From the NCBI GenBank assembly GCA_951406725.2, contig OX597819.1:86490001-86554000 (forward strand): a stretch of 64,000 nt of DNA, read 5' to 3'. Positions 12,803 to 25,565 of the stretch are shown here, piece after piece. The stretch is from Octopus vulgaris (Eukaryota). The translations under genes and the position numbers were made by a program. The first letter of the stretch is position 1. Each line of letters starts with the position of its first letter. The notes below the pieces were generated by a model. That model saw nothing but the letters and a program-made list of their open reading frames with translations, did no database searches and was not told the DNA's origin.

Positions 12803-13880
12803 CCCTTTCGTTACCAAACCGCCCAAAGCCACCCGAAAAAAATTTTGGTTAATGTGACCAAACCCGCCCGTATTTACCTATTCATATTTAAATGAGAATA
12901 TCAGAGCAAATCTCTTTAGCACATTCGTGAAAACATGTATTATACTTCGTAAACAGTTCATCTACAGTTTTGTACAAGAATCGAAGTGTAATTTTAATTC
13001 CGTGAATTTTGGGAGATTTTTTTCTGAAATTTGTTCCTATTGTGTTTTCAAAATTTGTAATTCTGACAAAAAATGGATATGAATTTCATTATATCAAGCA
13101 GCGAGTCAGAATTCGAAGGATTTTCTACTGAAGACCTTGATAAATCTAACTCTATGACTGAAAAAAAAAAAGCACGTGGTATTTGATAATGAATCTGATG
13201 TTTCATTTTCCGATAGTGAAAACAGTGAATCCGAGAGCTCCGACAGCGATAAAGAAAACGAATTGGCACCTGAATGGAGTGAAAATTTAAAAACTGTTTC
13301 TTTCAGTGATTTTTCTGAAGAAACTGGACCAAGCCACAGACTTTCCCAGGAGAATAAAGCCTTAGACTATTTCTTTTTACTTTTTCGAATGAGCCTATTT
13401 GAAATCATTACGGCGGAAACGAACCATTACGCTAAATGTAAACAAAGTGAAAGAAAGGATAGTTAGTGGTTTCCCACAACCTTAAATGAAATTAAGACTA
13501 TTTTGCCATAAATATTATTATGGCTATCAGAAAGTTACACAGAATAACAAATTCTATCGTAAAATTTTGTTGTATACCCAATTGAATATTAGCTAATAAC
13601 CCATTTTCTATAGCGCTGTTTGAACAAAATTTTAATAATTTTATATTTTGTTGAATTTACCTGTATCTACCTGCAATTAGAGTCACTTTGTGACAAAAAT
13701 TATAGTATAGAATTGGTTGAGAACATTTCATTAAATTATCTTCCGAAAATCACATTATTATATTGATAAATAAAAAAGTTATAGTTGTTTAATGAAACCT
13801 GACTAAATTTATGATTATGTTAGAAATTAATTGAAACACATAAGGGGTGTATTTTGGTCAGAAATATAGTAATGAAAGGG
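12803..13880 (+). mobile_element. Internally deleted piggyBac transposon
   Basis: TTAA at 12799-12802 and 13881-13884. TIRs CCCTTTCGTTAC / GTAATGAAAGGG. Acidic N-terminus followed by LDYFFLLF..LFEIITAETNHYA..WFPTTLNEIK, typical of the piggyBac transposase N-terminal core. Confidence 0.85.
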
Positions 13881-14019
13881 TTAATAGTGCCATTTTAAGT
13901 ATCAAATAAAATTCAGATAATAATGTTTCTTGACATTTGTTTATATAAGATAAGTAATGACATCAATAAATTACCTTATTAATAAATCAACTACATCTTG
14001 TTAATTGACTATCAAAATA

Positions 14020-14720
14020 TCATTCATTCATTTGGTTCTCACTGTGCCTTGTGGCACTTGAAGCAATAGCAAGATCATTCCATCTTTTAACTCTGAAAGC
14101 TCCTTGCTGCCATGCTTCCTTTAGTTGGCAATGTATTCTTTTACCATGTGGAACCCATTGCAAAGCAATCCTGACAATTGAGTTCAGTTTATAGCAACAA
14201 ACTTGACCCAACCATTTCCGTCTCCTTGCTTCAACAGTTTCTCTTAATGGTTTCACATTAGCCTTGGCTATTCAAAATCATATTCAGCTAGTAGACCTTC
14301 AAAATTTTTCATAACCATATATTTTAAAACGCCTCCAATTTCTTTTCAATAGTTTTGGTTGTTTTCCAACATTCGGATCCATAGAGGAGGCTGTTAAGTA
14401 TGTTGCTTTTGTAAAATCATATTTTGGTGCTCTAGCTGAGTATTGATGATTTCCTTATCAAGTTTAACATACATGCCTCAAGAGTTACAAGACAAATCTG
14501 AAAGACTTAGTCAAATACCCAATATCATAGGCCTCAAAATCAATGAGAAAAAAATGTACACCCTTTGTAAAAACATAACAGATGCTGACCATGTGACTTT
14601 GAATGACAAACCAATCACAAATGTTGAAGTTATTTAGGTACCAAAATGACAATGGATGGAGATTGTAGTCATGAAATAAATACAAGAATCAGCAAAATAT
14701 CATTAGCATTAATGAAAACT
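14020..14720 (-). mobile_element. Decayed RTE-type LINE fragment with 5' inversion
   Basis: Minus strand 14020-14465 gives C-terminal motifs (LLYGSECW-like; RRRKWLGQV..IALQWVPHGKR). Plus strand 14470-14720 gives the preceding region (LQDK..IGLKINEKK..LNDKPITNVE..YLG..RISK). Confidence 0.65.
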
Positions 14721-14819
14721 GAGCGTTAACCTCAAGTTCAGAATCTTATTACAGTCAGAGTACTGCAAAAAGAAAACAGAAGAGCCTTCTATAACAGAGA
14801 TTTATAAATTTTTTTATAG

Positions 14820-14960
14820 GGAAGGGCATCCAGCCGTAGAAACATTGCCAGATCAAACTGGGCCTGGTGCAGCCTTCTGGCTTCCCAGACCCCAGTTGAA
14901 CCATCCAACCCATGCTAGCATGGAAAGCGGACGCTAAACGATGATGATGATGATGATGAT
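14820..14960 (+). mobile_element. RTE-LINE 3' end fragment with (GAT)n tail
   Basis: ggaagggcatccagc...ccatgctagcatggaaagcggacgctaaacgatgatgatg. Confidence 0.8.
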
Positions 14961-15296
14961 ACAGATATAACAAGTACTTATTTACCTCAAGCAGTCACCT
15001 TTAGTCACCTCTAGTACTATTTCATTAAAGCTTTCTAGTATTTTCTTACTGATGATCTTCAGTATTATTTAACTGATTCTCTCTGGTGCCTATCTTACTG
15101 ATCTCCTCTAGTACTTATTTCATTGTTTTTTTTTGTGTGTACTTTATTAATCCTCTTTCATACTCATTCTACTAATCCTCTCCATATGTTATTCAACTGC
15201 TCTAGCAGATCTTTCCTAAAACTTATTTTATTTTTGTCTTGTACATATTTTGTTGATTCACTCAAGTACTTATCTTATTGATGATTTTTTTAGCAC

Positions 15297-15700
15297 TCTT
15301 TTACTCTTTTACTTGTTTCAGTCATTTGACTGTGGCCATGCTGGAGTACCCACTTTAGTCAAACAAATCGACCCCAGGACATATTCTTTGTAAGCCTAGT
15401 ACTTATTCTGTCAGTCTCTTTTGCCTAACCGCTAAGCTACGGGGACGTAAATACACAAGCATCGGTTGTCAAGCGATGCTGGGGGAACAAACACAGACAC
15501 AGAAACACATACACACACACATACATATATATACATATGACGGGCTTCTTTCAGTTTCCGTCTACCAAATCCACTCACAAGGCTTTGGTTAGCCCGAGGC
15601 TATAGTAGAAGAGACTTGTCCAAGGTGCCACGCAGTGGGACTAAACCCAGAACCATGTGGTTGGTAAGCAAGCTACTTACCACAAAGCCACTCCTGCTCC
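15297..15700 (-). mobile_element. Full-length tRNA-derived SINE family A
   Basis: tRNA-like head with B-box-like ggttctgggtttagtcccac, a central microsatellite and an aaaagagt-type tail. Copies at 44040-44470 and 59357-59752. Confidence 0.85.
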
Positions 15701-17031
15701 TAGTAGTTAACTTATTGATCTTCTCTAGTACTTATTTTATTGATCCTCTTTTAACACTTAATTCACTGACCCTCAAAACGTTGCAAAACATTTTACAGCA
15801 ACAATAAAATTTGAAGGTAGAATGTAATGAATAAATATCATCATCATCATTTTTACACCCTTTTTTCCATGCTGTCATTGGTTGGATGGAATTTCTGTTG
15901 GAGCTGATTTTCTACACCCAGATGACCTTCCTGTCACCAACCCTCACTAAGGTAATATTTTCCCAGATGTGTTTACAAGAAAAATAATTAAGAACAAAGG
16001 ATATCACCTGCATGACAGTGACATCCATTTACAACTATCCTGGCTAGGAGATAGCAAAACACTGACATACAATGTAAGCAAGGAGTGAAAAGAAAAAAAA
16101 ATCTTTGACCTAAACAGATCTATGTATCTTAAACTTCCAATTAAGTTAAAGACGAAAATCAACTTATTTCAGGTTACATATCTTTCCAATAAACCTGTTA
16201 ATTTGAATAGCATCCTTTGTAAGCTTTGAAGTATCAAAATAAAACGAAGTGCTTGTTTTATTATCAGATTAAGGTGTCATTTCTAAGAGGTGTCTCCTTT
16301 TATTTATTCAACTACATTTGAAGAGGTTCTCACCATACAAAAACCAAAAGCAAAGAAAAAAAAAAAGACAACAGTTTTAAAGAATAATGAGTTTTATCAT
16401 CAATTTACAAAGAACAAGTACAACCCACAAGAATTTCTTATGTTTATCCACATACAAAACAAATAAAAATATGCTGGATTAAGTTACAACAAAACCTGTC
16501 AATTACTGGTTAAAATGTCTAAGATCTTGTTTGCCTTTTAGCACTAAAAAGCAGCTCTGGCTTTTGCAAACTAATAAATTCTATTCCAGTCCCTTCTCTC
16601 TCTTTTACAATCTGCAACAGATCATCTCCTACATATAATATTTGGCTCAATATTATCCCACCGGTAAAGCATCATTCTGTCACTTTTCCTCTCCCCATGC
16701 ATATTCTGGAACTTCTAACTTCTAAAAATTTCAACATTGTTGTCTTAATGTCCACTTTTCCATGCTGAAATAGATTGGACAGAATTTGCTGAGGCAGATT
16801 CGCTACAGTACAGTCAGATATCATTCTTTTTACCAACCCACATTTTTCCAAGTAAAGTAATATTTCCCCATGGCTTGAGAGTGTCAAGGAAGATTGAAAA
16901 TGAAGGACACTGTATGACAATGGTGAGGCTTATTTACAGCTATCATGCAATGTCAAGATAAGGAGACAGAAGTGTACGTGTGCGGGCACAAACATAGATA
17001 CACACATACACACACACATCTATATATATAT

Positions 17032-17494
17032 CATCATCATCATCGTTTAGTGACCGCTTTCCATGCTAGCATGAGTTGGACGGTTCAACTGGGGTCTGTG
17101 AAGCCAGAAGGCTGCATCAGACCCAGTCTGATCTGGCAGTGTTTCTACGGCTGGATGCCCTTCCTAACGTCAACCACTCCGTGAGTGTAGTGGGTGCTTT
17201 TTACGTGCCACCGGCCACGATCGGATGGTGCTTTTTACGTGCCACTGGCACGGGGGCCAGGCAAGGCTGGCAACGGCCACGAACGGATGGTGCTTTTTAT
17301 GTGTCACCGGCACGGAGGCCAGTAGGGGCGGCACTGGCAACAGCCACGATCGGATGGTTCGCTTACTTCCGATTGTGGCCATTGCCAGCACCGCCCCGAC
17401 TGGCCTCCGTGCCGGTGACATGTAAAAAGCACCATCCGTTCGTGGCCGTTGCCAGCCTTGCCTGGCCCCCGTGCCGGTGGCACGTAAAAAGCAC
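17032..17494 (-). mobile_element. RTE-LINE 3' fragment ending in a foldback
   Basis: (CAT)n tail at 17032 and ~63-bp UTR repeats. 17228-17355 is inverted at 17368-17494. Confidence 0.85.
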
Positions 17495-17519
17495 ATATAT
17501 ATATATATATATATATATC

Positions 17520-18600
17520 TGTAAATGTAATATATAACAATTATTCAGTAGCCAAGATAAAACTCCGAGTTTCGGATGCCGAAGTGGAAATCCACGCCAC
17601 CATCTCTTCAGTTATCCGGCCATCGGAAAAACGCTATGAAAAATTACCGTTATACAAAGGGAAATTACTGAGTTATTGACTGCTATAAGACAAAAGAGCT
17701 ATTCGAATGGCCGCTAATTAAGGTAAGGGGGTAAAAAGTTCATAGTATTCACGTAAGCGCACTTGTTCATACCTACACATGTGCGCCCGCACACCCACAT
17801 GTGTACGCATACATTCATCCACCCTCACTAGAAAAACGTACACATATTCACTCATATCCTTCACTAAATGTATATGCATATACATACAAACCCACACACA
17901 CACACACGTGCACTGTAAAAGTTCATACATACGTCTAAATACGCACAAGCACAAGAAAAAACAGGGTTATGGGTAACAATACAGAAAAAAGGCATAAGGA
18001 AGTATACAAACAGTAAACCACGCTTATATATACACATACCCTTATGCACACACACACGCTCATATACGCACATACCCACACACGTCTAAATACGCACACA
18101 AATACAAAAAAGGATTATACATACATCTAAAAAAAAAAATGTGTAAAAACCGAGTAAAATACGTTTATATACGCACATACTCGCATGCATGCACACATCT
18201 ATATACACACATACCTGTACTTACACACACATCCACACTCGCACACAAAAGATTCCGTATACATGTCTATATAGGCACAGGGAAAAATACAGGGTGGAAG
18301 GTAGAATACAGAAAAACTTATGTGTAAAAAAAATATAACTATAAACCACATTCTCTATAATATGTAAGAAATATATGTATAAAAAATATAAATAAAATAA
18401 AAGTAAAAGGTATAATGAGATAAAAAAAACTTGTGCGTGGACACAATATAGAAAGCAAGTTCTATCTGTAGTCTTGGGGGGACCAAAAGCGTGACAAAAA
18501 TTTGGTGACATATGGACATGACCCGAAAAGTTCTGTCCTTGAGTTCAGACATGTAGCAGGGTCTAAGCTGCTTTTCCAGATGAGCCATCTTTCCATGGCA
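17520..18600 (-). mobile_element. 5'-truncated Penelope-like element 3' end (GIY-YIG C-terminus, UTR, hammerhead)
   Basis: 18600-18462 encodes MERWLIWKSSLDPATCLNSRTELFGSCPYVTKFL, resembling the PLE endonuclease tail E..I......LNxRxE...C. Hammerhead near the 3' end and TA-rich flanks on both sides. Confidence 0.75.
17551..17620 (-). ncRNA. Type I hammerhead ribozyme
   Basis: Minus strand reads GCCGGATAA-CTGAAGA-GATG(...GTGGatttCCAC...)CATCC-GAAA-CTCGGAG-TT-TTATCTTGGC. Core boxes intact, stem I 9 bp with a bulge, GUU triplet. Confidence 0.75.
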
Positions 18601-21154
18601 TATATATGTATGTATATATATACACATGTATATATGAAAAGGTTCTTTAAGTTTCTATCTATCAAATCTACTCTGAAAGCAGTTGCTTGTCCTGTTAAAA
18701 GTAGCAGCCATATCACTTTAAAAATTACCTTCTTGCCTAAAAATAAACGAAATGGTCACAGTTTGAATACCTCTGATTAAAAGTCTGCTTAATCAAGACA
18801 AACACAGAACGAAAAGATCACAACACTCGCACAAATAAATGTATTACATATAATAGATGGTACATTGCATATATATTGCAGTTCATAGCAAACAATGTGA
18901 TCAATACTTCAAAACAAACTATAAAAATTGGAAGAGGAAGAGGATTAAGAAGAAGAAAAATGATAGTCAGTTCATGGACTCATAACAGAAAATACTTTTA
19001 TCTTTTACTGCTTTCAAACATTGGGCAGTAACCAATTTGGGGCACAGCCTTGGAAGGTCTAGATGAACAAATGGATCCCAGTACTTATGTTTAAATCAGG
19101 CACTTAGTCCATTACGTCCTTTACTAAACTACTAAGGTATAGGAATGTAAACAAAGCAACAATGGTTGTCAAGTGATGGGAGATGGACAAACACAAACAC
19201 ACACATCCCAACAGACTTCCACGCAGTTTCTATCTACCAAATTCATTCACAAGGTAGGAATGAACTTGAAACCTCATGGCTGCAAAGAGATTTAAAATGA
19301 TAAAATTCTAACCTAATGATAAACATTTAACATAGCTGCTCTTATTAACTGAAATTGAAATAATATGAAAACATTTGTGCTTTGTTTTATTTCTTATTAT
19401 TTTATTCCATTGATAAGACTGCTGGGCAATAAATTTTAGTTAGATTTACACTTTTCAGAAATGCTGGCGAAACTAAAAGTTGATAAACACTTGAAATGAA
19501 AGCTATTAATTAATCATAATTATTTCATAAAAGCAGATATAAACAAATATATACAAATGAATAGAATACCTAATTACAGTTCCAGAGACAAAAAGCAAAA
19601 TAATATATATAGAAAATCTAAAATTGTGTCACATTACAGAAGACAATACTCTAAAAGAATCTTTAACTTGTAAGATATTACATATTTTCAAAATTCTGCT
19701 AATGTTTGTGTCAAATATATTTACCTATTACAATGATATAAGAACAGTACTTCAGCTTTTCCAAAACCATTTATCATTACTGAATAATAATATTTCTCAA
19801 GTAAAAGTTTCTCACTTTGGTATATACCCTGAATTTGCAACATGTCATCATAATTTCAGTTATCAGCATTGAAGGCAATGCTACTGATGATGTGCAAATG
19901 CGCAGAAATCCAGATTTAGTAATTCTACCACTATTGCTGGATGATTTTCATCCGCTACTGACATTCTTCTTTATGAAATACTTTCTTGAGAAGAGTGCCA
20001 TAGTTTTGTGGCTTTCTGCAGTATATACATGTGAAGTAAGACATACAGACTGATGGTCTTCATCTTACATTTAACATTTTTATCAAAATATTATCTTAAA
20101 AGAACAGCATCATTCTGACACTCCATGTTCACTCACTGATATCCTTTAACTCCTGAATTGCATCAAACTCAAAATTATTTATGCTAGCATCACCTATTCC
20201 TCTTAATTCCCAAGTCCATGAAAGTCTAAGGCCATAGGAATAACCTTTTCACACTGGTCTATGAAAATAAGTGAAAATCAATTTCAAGCTTCAGATGGAT
20301 TATTAACAAGTATGGCTGCATGGTTGAGATGCATGCTTTCCAACCATGTGGTTTTGGTTTCCCTCTTATTGTGCAGGAAAGCCTTGTAGGTAAAGCTCCA
20401 TGTCAAACCATCTAACTCATGCCAGCATGGAAAGTGGCCATTAAACAATGATGATGATGATGAAACTGATGAAACTGAAAAGAAGCCAATCTGTGTGTGT
20501 GTGTGTGTGTGTATGTGTGTACATGTATGCATGTGTGTGTCTTTGTTTTTGTCCTCTTTAACCACTTTAACAACCTCTTTGAAAACTAGGTGCTGCATGG
20601 TTTACATTCCTGTAACTTAGTGACTTGACAAAAGAGACTGATAGAATAAGAACATGAATTGCAAGGAGCATGGGAACAGTCCCTCCTCCAACTGAAAAAA
20701 AAAATGCTTAATGTAATAAAATACTAGAATATGAATTCAAGATTGTAACAAACTTTCATTTGAATTTGTACCATCTTATTTATTAACTCCCATTTTAAAA
20801 TTCAATAACTGTCTATCTCGAAATCGATACTCTCCAAACTTCTGCCTAATTAATTATGAGACTCTACTCTCATTTCTTACTTAAAATCTTGCTGGTTCAT
20901 TTTTTGTCTTTCACTAGTTTTAGTCATTGGACTGCAACCATGCTGGGACACCATCATAAGGGATTTTTCATTTGAATAAATCAACTCCACTACTTAAATT
21001 TTTGTAAGTTTGATATTTATATTATCATTTACGTTTTCCAAACTGTTAGGTTATGGTGAGGTAAACAAACCTATACCAGTTGTGAAGCAGTGTGTGGTGA
21101 CAAATACAAAAACACATGCACACACAAATATATATATATATACATATATATATC

Positions 21155-21387
21155 TATTTCTTTACACCCACAAGGGGCTAAACACAAAGAGGACAAACAA
21201 GGACAGAAAAATGGATTAAGTCGATTATATCGACCCCAGTGCATAACTAGTCCTTAATTTATCAACCCCGAAAGGATGAAAGGCAAAGTCGACCTCAGCG
21301 GAATTTGAACTCAGAATGTAATGGCAGACGAAATACGGCTATGCATTTCACCCAGCGTGCTAACGTTTCTGCCAGCTCAACGCCTTA
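21155..21387 (-). mobile_element. tRNA-derived SINE family B
   Basis: Head aaggcgttgagctggcagaaacgttagcac...gagttcaaattccgc followed by gtcgactttgcctttcatcctttcgggg. Second copy at 22772-22999. Confidence 0.8.
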
Positions 21388-21683
21388 TTTTTTCACAGTG
21401 AATGTACTGGCCGCCACGGATACTCGGTAAAGAGCACCCTCGGAGGGACCGTGTGGGCCGAAGTGGATGTGCTACATATATATATATTATCATCAGCATC
21501 ATTATTGTTAAACATTTGTCTTCCATACATGCATAGGCTAGATGGTTGACAGGAGCAGGACAGGTAGAAAACTACTCCGAGCCACTGTGTCTGCTTTGGC
21601 GGGGCTTTTACAGTTGGATGCCCTTCCTAACACCAACCAGTCTGCATTAGTGACAAACACGAAGACATACATGCATATACGAA

Positions 21684-22000
21684 TCATCATCATCATCATC
21701 GTTTAACATCTGTTTTCCATGCTGGCATGGGTTGGACAGTTTGTCTGAGGACTGGCAAGCCAGGAGGCTGGACCAGGCTCCAATCTGATCTGGTAATGTT
21801 TCTACAGCTGGATGCCCTTCCTAATGCCAACCACTCTGAGAGTGTAGCACGTGCTTTTTACATGCCACCGGCACAGGAGCCAGTTAGGTGGCACTGGAAT
21901 CGGCCACATTCAGATGGTACTTTTACATGCTATCAGTACAGGAGCCAGTCGGGGGGGGGGGGGGGCATCACCCAGGTTCAGATGGTGTTTTTTACATATA
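21684..22000 (-). mobile_element. RTE-LINE 3' fragment
   Basis: (CAT)n-cgtttaacatctgttttccatgctggcatgggttggac plus UTR repeats. Confidence 0.75.
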
Positions 22001-22771
22001 CGCACACAACAGATTTCTACACAACTTCTGTGTACCAAATTCACTCAGAAGGCATAAGTAGGCCCAGTGCTACAGTAGAATATACTTGTCTGAGATGTTT
22101 TGTGGTGAGAGTGAACCTGAAACCACATGGTTGCAAAGCAAGCTTCTTAACCAAACAGCCATGCTTGCACCTATAATTTATTTCAGAAACTTGGAGCCAT
22201 ACCATTTAATTCAGAACTAATGTCACACCATATCAGCTCAGTACATTATTATAGACACCAGATACATATGGCAATAAAGATTAGTTATTTGCTAATCTTT
22301 AGTATGCAAATATAAGTTTTAATCCTTCAGCACTCAGATTGCTCTGACAAATTCAATGCTTATTGATTCACATTGTTTTGAATTAATCATACATCATCTT
22401 GTAGTTTCAAGATTTCAGTGATCATCATCATCATCATTTAACATCTGCCTTCCATGCTGTGTCTGTTTTGACAGGGTTTTTATGGTTGGATGCTCTTCCT
22501 GACACCAACCACCCAGCAGAGTGGACTAAGTGCTTTTTATGTGGCACAAACACAGAAGTGATTGTTTATTTTCAAAATTACATTGTAGAATAGGAGTGAG
22601 AAGCCAGATCTGTCCAGCTTCACCATAAAACAGGTTGAATATTTGGGCTGAACATGACCAGTTTAAATGCTAAAGGGTTAATGTAGATTATTTCAAGGTC
22701 TACCACCCTTAGCCAGCTCAAATCAGAATTCATTTATTGTCTCTATTGTTCCTTTCAGGCAAGAATATATA

Positions 22772-22999
22772 TTTCTTTACTACCCTCAAGGGGCTAAACA
22801 CAGAGGGGACAAACAAGGACAGATATATGAATTAAGTCAATTATATCAACCCCAGTGAACTGGTACTTAATTTATCGACCCCGAAAGGATGAAAGGCAAA
22901 GTCGACCTCGGCAGAATTTGAACTCAGTATGTAACGGCAAACGAAATACGGCTATGCATTTCGCCTGGCGTGTTAATGTTTCTGCCAGCTCGCCGCCTT
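22772..22999 (-). mobile_element. tRNA-derived SINE family B
   Basis: Highly similar to 21155-21387. Confidence 0.8.
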
Positions 23000-23014
23000 T
23001 AAACAGTAATGCCG

Positions 23015-23053
23015 TTCCCATACCGGGAATCGAACCCGGGTCGCCTGGGTGAA
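23015..23053 (-). pseudogene. 3' half of tRNA-Glu(TTC)
   Basis: Minus strand TTCACCCAGGCGACCCGGGTTCGATTCCCGGTATGGGAA spans anticodon, T-arm and acceptor 3' strand of metazoan tRNA-Glu. The 5' half is absent and there is no CCA. Confidence 0.85.
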
Positions 23054-23759
23054 TATATAAAACAGTTGTAGGTATGGCTGTATGGTAAGCTTACTTCCTA
23101 ATCATACAGTTTCAGGGACTGTTTCACTGAATGACACTTTGGGCAAGTGTCTTCTAATCACAAGGCCTTGTGATTAGATTTGGTAGATGGAAACTTAAAG
23201 AAGCCTGTCATGTATAAGTTGTGTGTGTGTTCAGTACTGTCCCCTTGACACTGTGTGATAGTTATAAGCAAGTGTCACCATGATGCAAGCAATGCCATAG
23301 TCTCAAATCTGAGATACGTCTGGCCTTGGGGAAATATTACCTTACTTGGAAACAAGTGTTGGCAACAGGAAAGGCATCCAGCTGAAGACAATCCATCTCA
23401 ACAAATCATATCCGACCCATGAAAGCATGGAAAAGTGGATGTTAAATGATAATGATGCTACTACATAACATGATCAAATCTGTAATCAGAAATCCCTCCT
23501 CAATTAAATCCAAAAATTCTTTAGCTCTGATTAGGTGATAATATTATCTGAAGTCTTATTTCCCCCAAATAAGGGACGATTCCATATTCTTCAGTATAAG
23601 AATTGCAACTGTCAAAAATAAGGTGGAAACTAGAATGGGCAAACTTTTGGTTTAAGTGAAGCAATTGTCAAAATTTTGCCTGTGGATTTCTTAACACTGT
23701 CAGTAGTTCATGGAAAATTTGTTTTTCATTCTTTTCATGAACAGGTGATTGCTGAATAT

Positions 23760-23904
23760 TTACACACACACACAGTGTGTGTATGTATCTGTGTATGTGT
23801 GTGTATCTGTGTGCATGTGTCTGTTTGTGTGTGTGTATCTGTTTGTGTGTGTGTGTTGTGTATCTGTTTGTCTGTGTGTGTGTATCTGTGTGTGTGTCTG
23901 TCTG

Positions 23905-23940
<36 letters not shown>

Positions 23941-23990
23941 CTGTGTGTGTGTGTGTCTGTCCGTTTTGTGTGTGCATATGTGTGTGCAAG
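23760..23990. repeat. Compound (GT)n microsatellite
   Basis: Interrupted TG runs, which account for six overlapping spurious C/V or H/T ORFs. Confidence 0.95.
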
Positions 23991-25565
23991 TGAGTGTTCA
24001 CCAATCATCAGCTAATGAGGGACATTGCCAAAAATGAAAATAAACAAAAGATAGGAAAAAATTCTGTAAACTGTCAAAAACTGGGGAAATTAGCAGGCCA
24101 AATTTTGATAATTGCCCCAAAAGATTACCTAGTCTAATTTTAACCTTAATAAATAACAGTACAAGAACAGAAATGAAAAAAAAAAAAAAAATTACTGGGT
24201 CATGTACTGTTAGGAGAGCTTGAACATGCTTAGCTAAGATTGCTATTTCATTCTGCATAATTCTCTACATCTCTGGCAACAATACTGTCGATAATTTACA
24301 AAGTGGTGGATGGGTAGAATGTGGTAGAGCATTGGAAAAGAAATGCCATGTGGTATTTCCTCCAGCACTTCATGTTCTGGATTCAAGTACTGCTGAGGTC
24401 AAGTTTACTGTTTTCTTTTTTCCTTTAAGAGTTAATAAAGTAAAGTACCAGTCAAGGACTGGCATCAATGCCATTAACCAGCCATTCCACTTAAAACTAC
24501 TGGCCTTGGGCCTAAATTAGAAACAGCTGCTAATAATCTATTAATCGAGAATTTTCCAGGTAGTGTTTGTGACAAATTCTTTTGCTAAAATGTATAATTT
24601 TCATCATTCTTTTCTTTAGATAGAAAGACAAAAAGTGTATTTTCTCATCCATGTGTCTACCTCACCTATTCCACTAGTAAATAGATTCCTTTATTTCTTT
24701 TAGTGCTGGAGCACTACTTTGCAGAGCTAGTTGGACAAATCAATGCCAGTCCTTATTCCATCAGTCAGTTTTACTAAACTATTATGTTATGGCTTTATAA
24801 CCAAATCAACACCAAGTGTCAAGCAGTGATGGGGGGGGGAGCATACAAACACACACACATACACACATTCACTAGGCTTTTCAGAGTTCCCATTTACCAG
24901 CTTCAGTTACAAGTCATTGGTTGACATAAGGTGTCATGCAGTGGGAACAAACCCAAAACCATGTGGTAGCAAAGCAAACACTTTAACCACACAGCCATGT
25001 CTGCGTCTATATGAACATGCTTATTTCCATATTGTCGACCCTCACAAATCTCTACAGAATCCATATATACTTTATTGTCGATAGCTTATTCTATATTTAT
25101 TGAAGTTTCTTTTCATATCCTTATATCTTTTCTCTTGTATCTTTCACTAGTTTCAGCTATCAGAGCGTGACCATGCTGAGGCACTGCCTTGAAGAATTTT
25201 AGATGAACAAATTGACTGGCATGAATCGGATGGTTTGACAAGAGCTGGCAAGCCGGAGGACTGTATCAAACTTTATTATCTGTTTTCGCATGGTTTCACT
25301 CTTCTTCACACCAAGCAATATACAGAGTGTAGTGGGTCCTTTTGCATGGCATGAACACCAGCAAGATCACCAGGTAACTTGCAAGACAAAATCCCCTTGA
25401 GTGGGGGGAGTAGTATTGAGGGAGGTGACTTGTACTCGTTGATGAGATGTTTAAAAGTATACATGCATGTATGATACTCATATGCATGCATGTAGGTATG
25501 TATGTATGAAAGTATATGTATGTACATATGTATGTAAGTATTGTGTTTGTGTGTGTGTGTGTGTC

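Noticed and set aside
19620-20260. Possible exon or nested gene (acceptor-like ttttcatAG near 20258; short ORFs)
   Set aside because: No sustained reading frame or recognisable protein motif.
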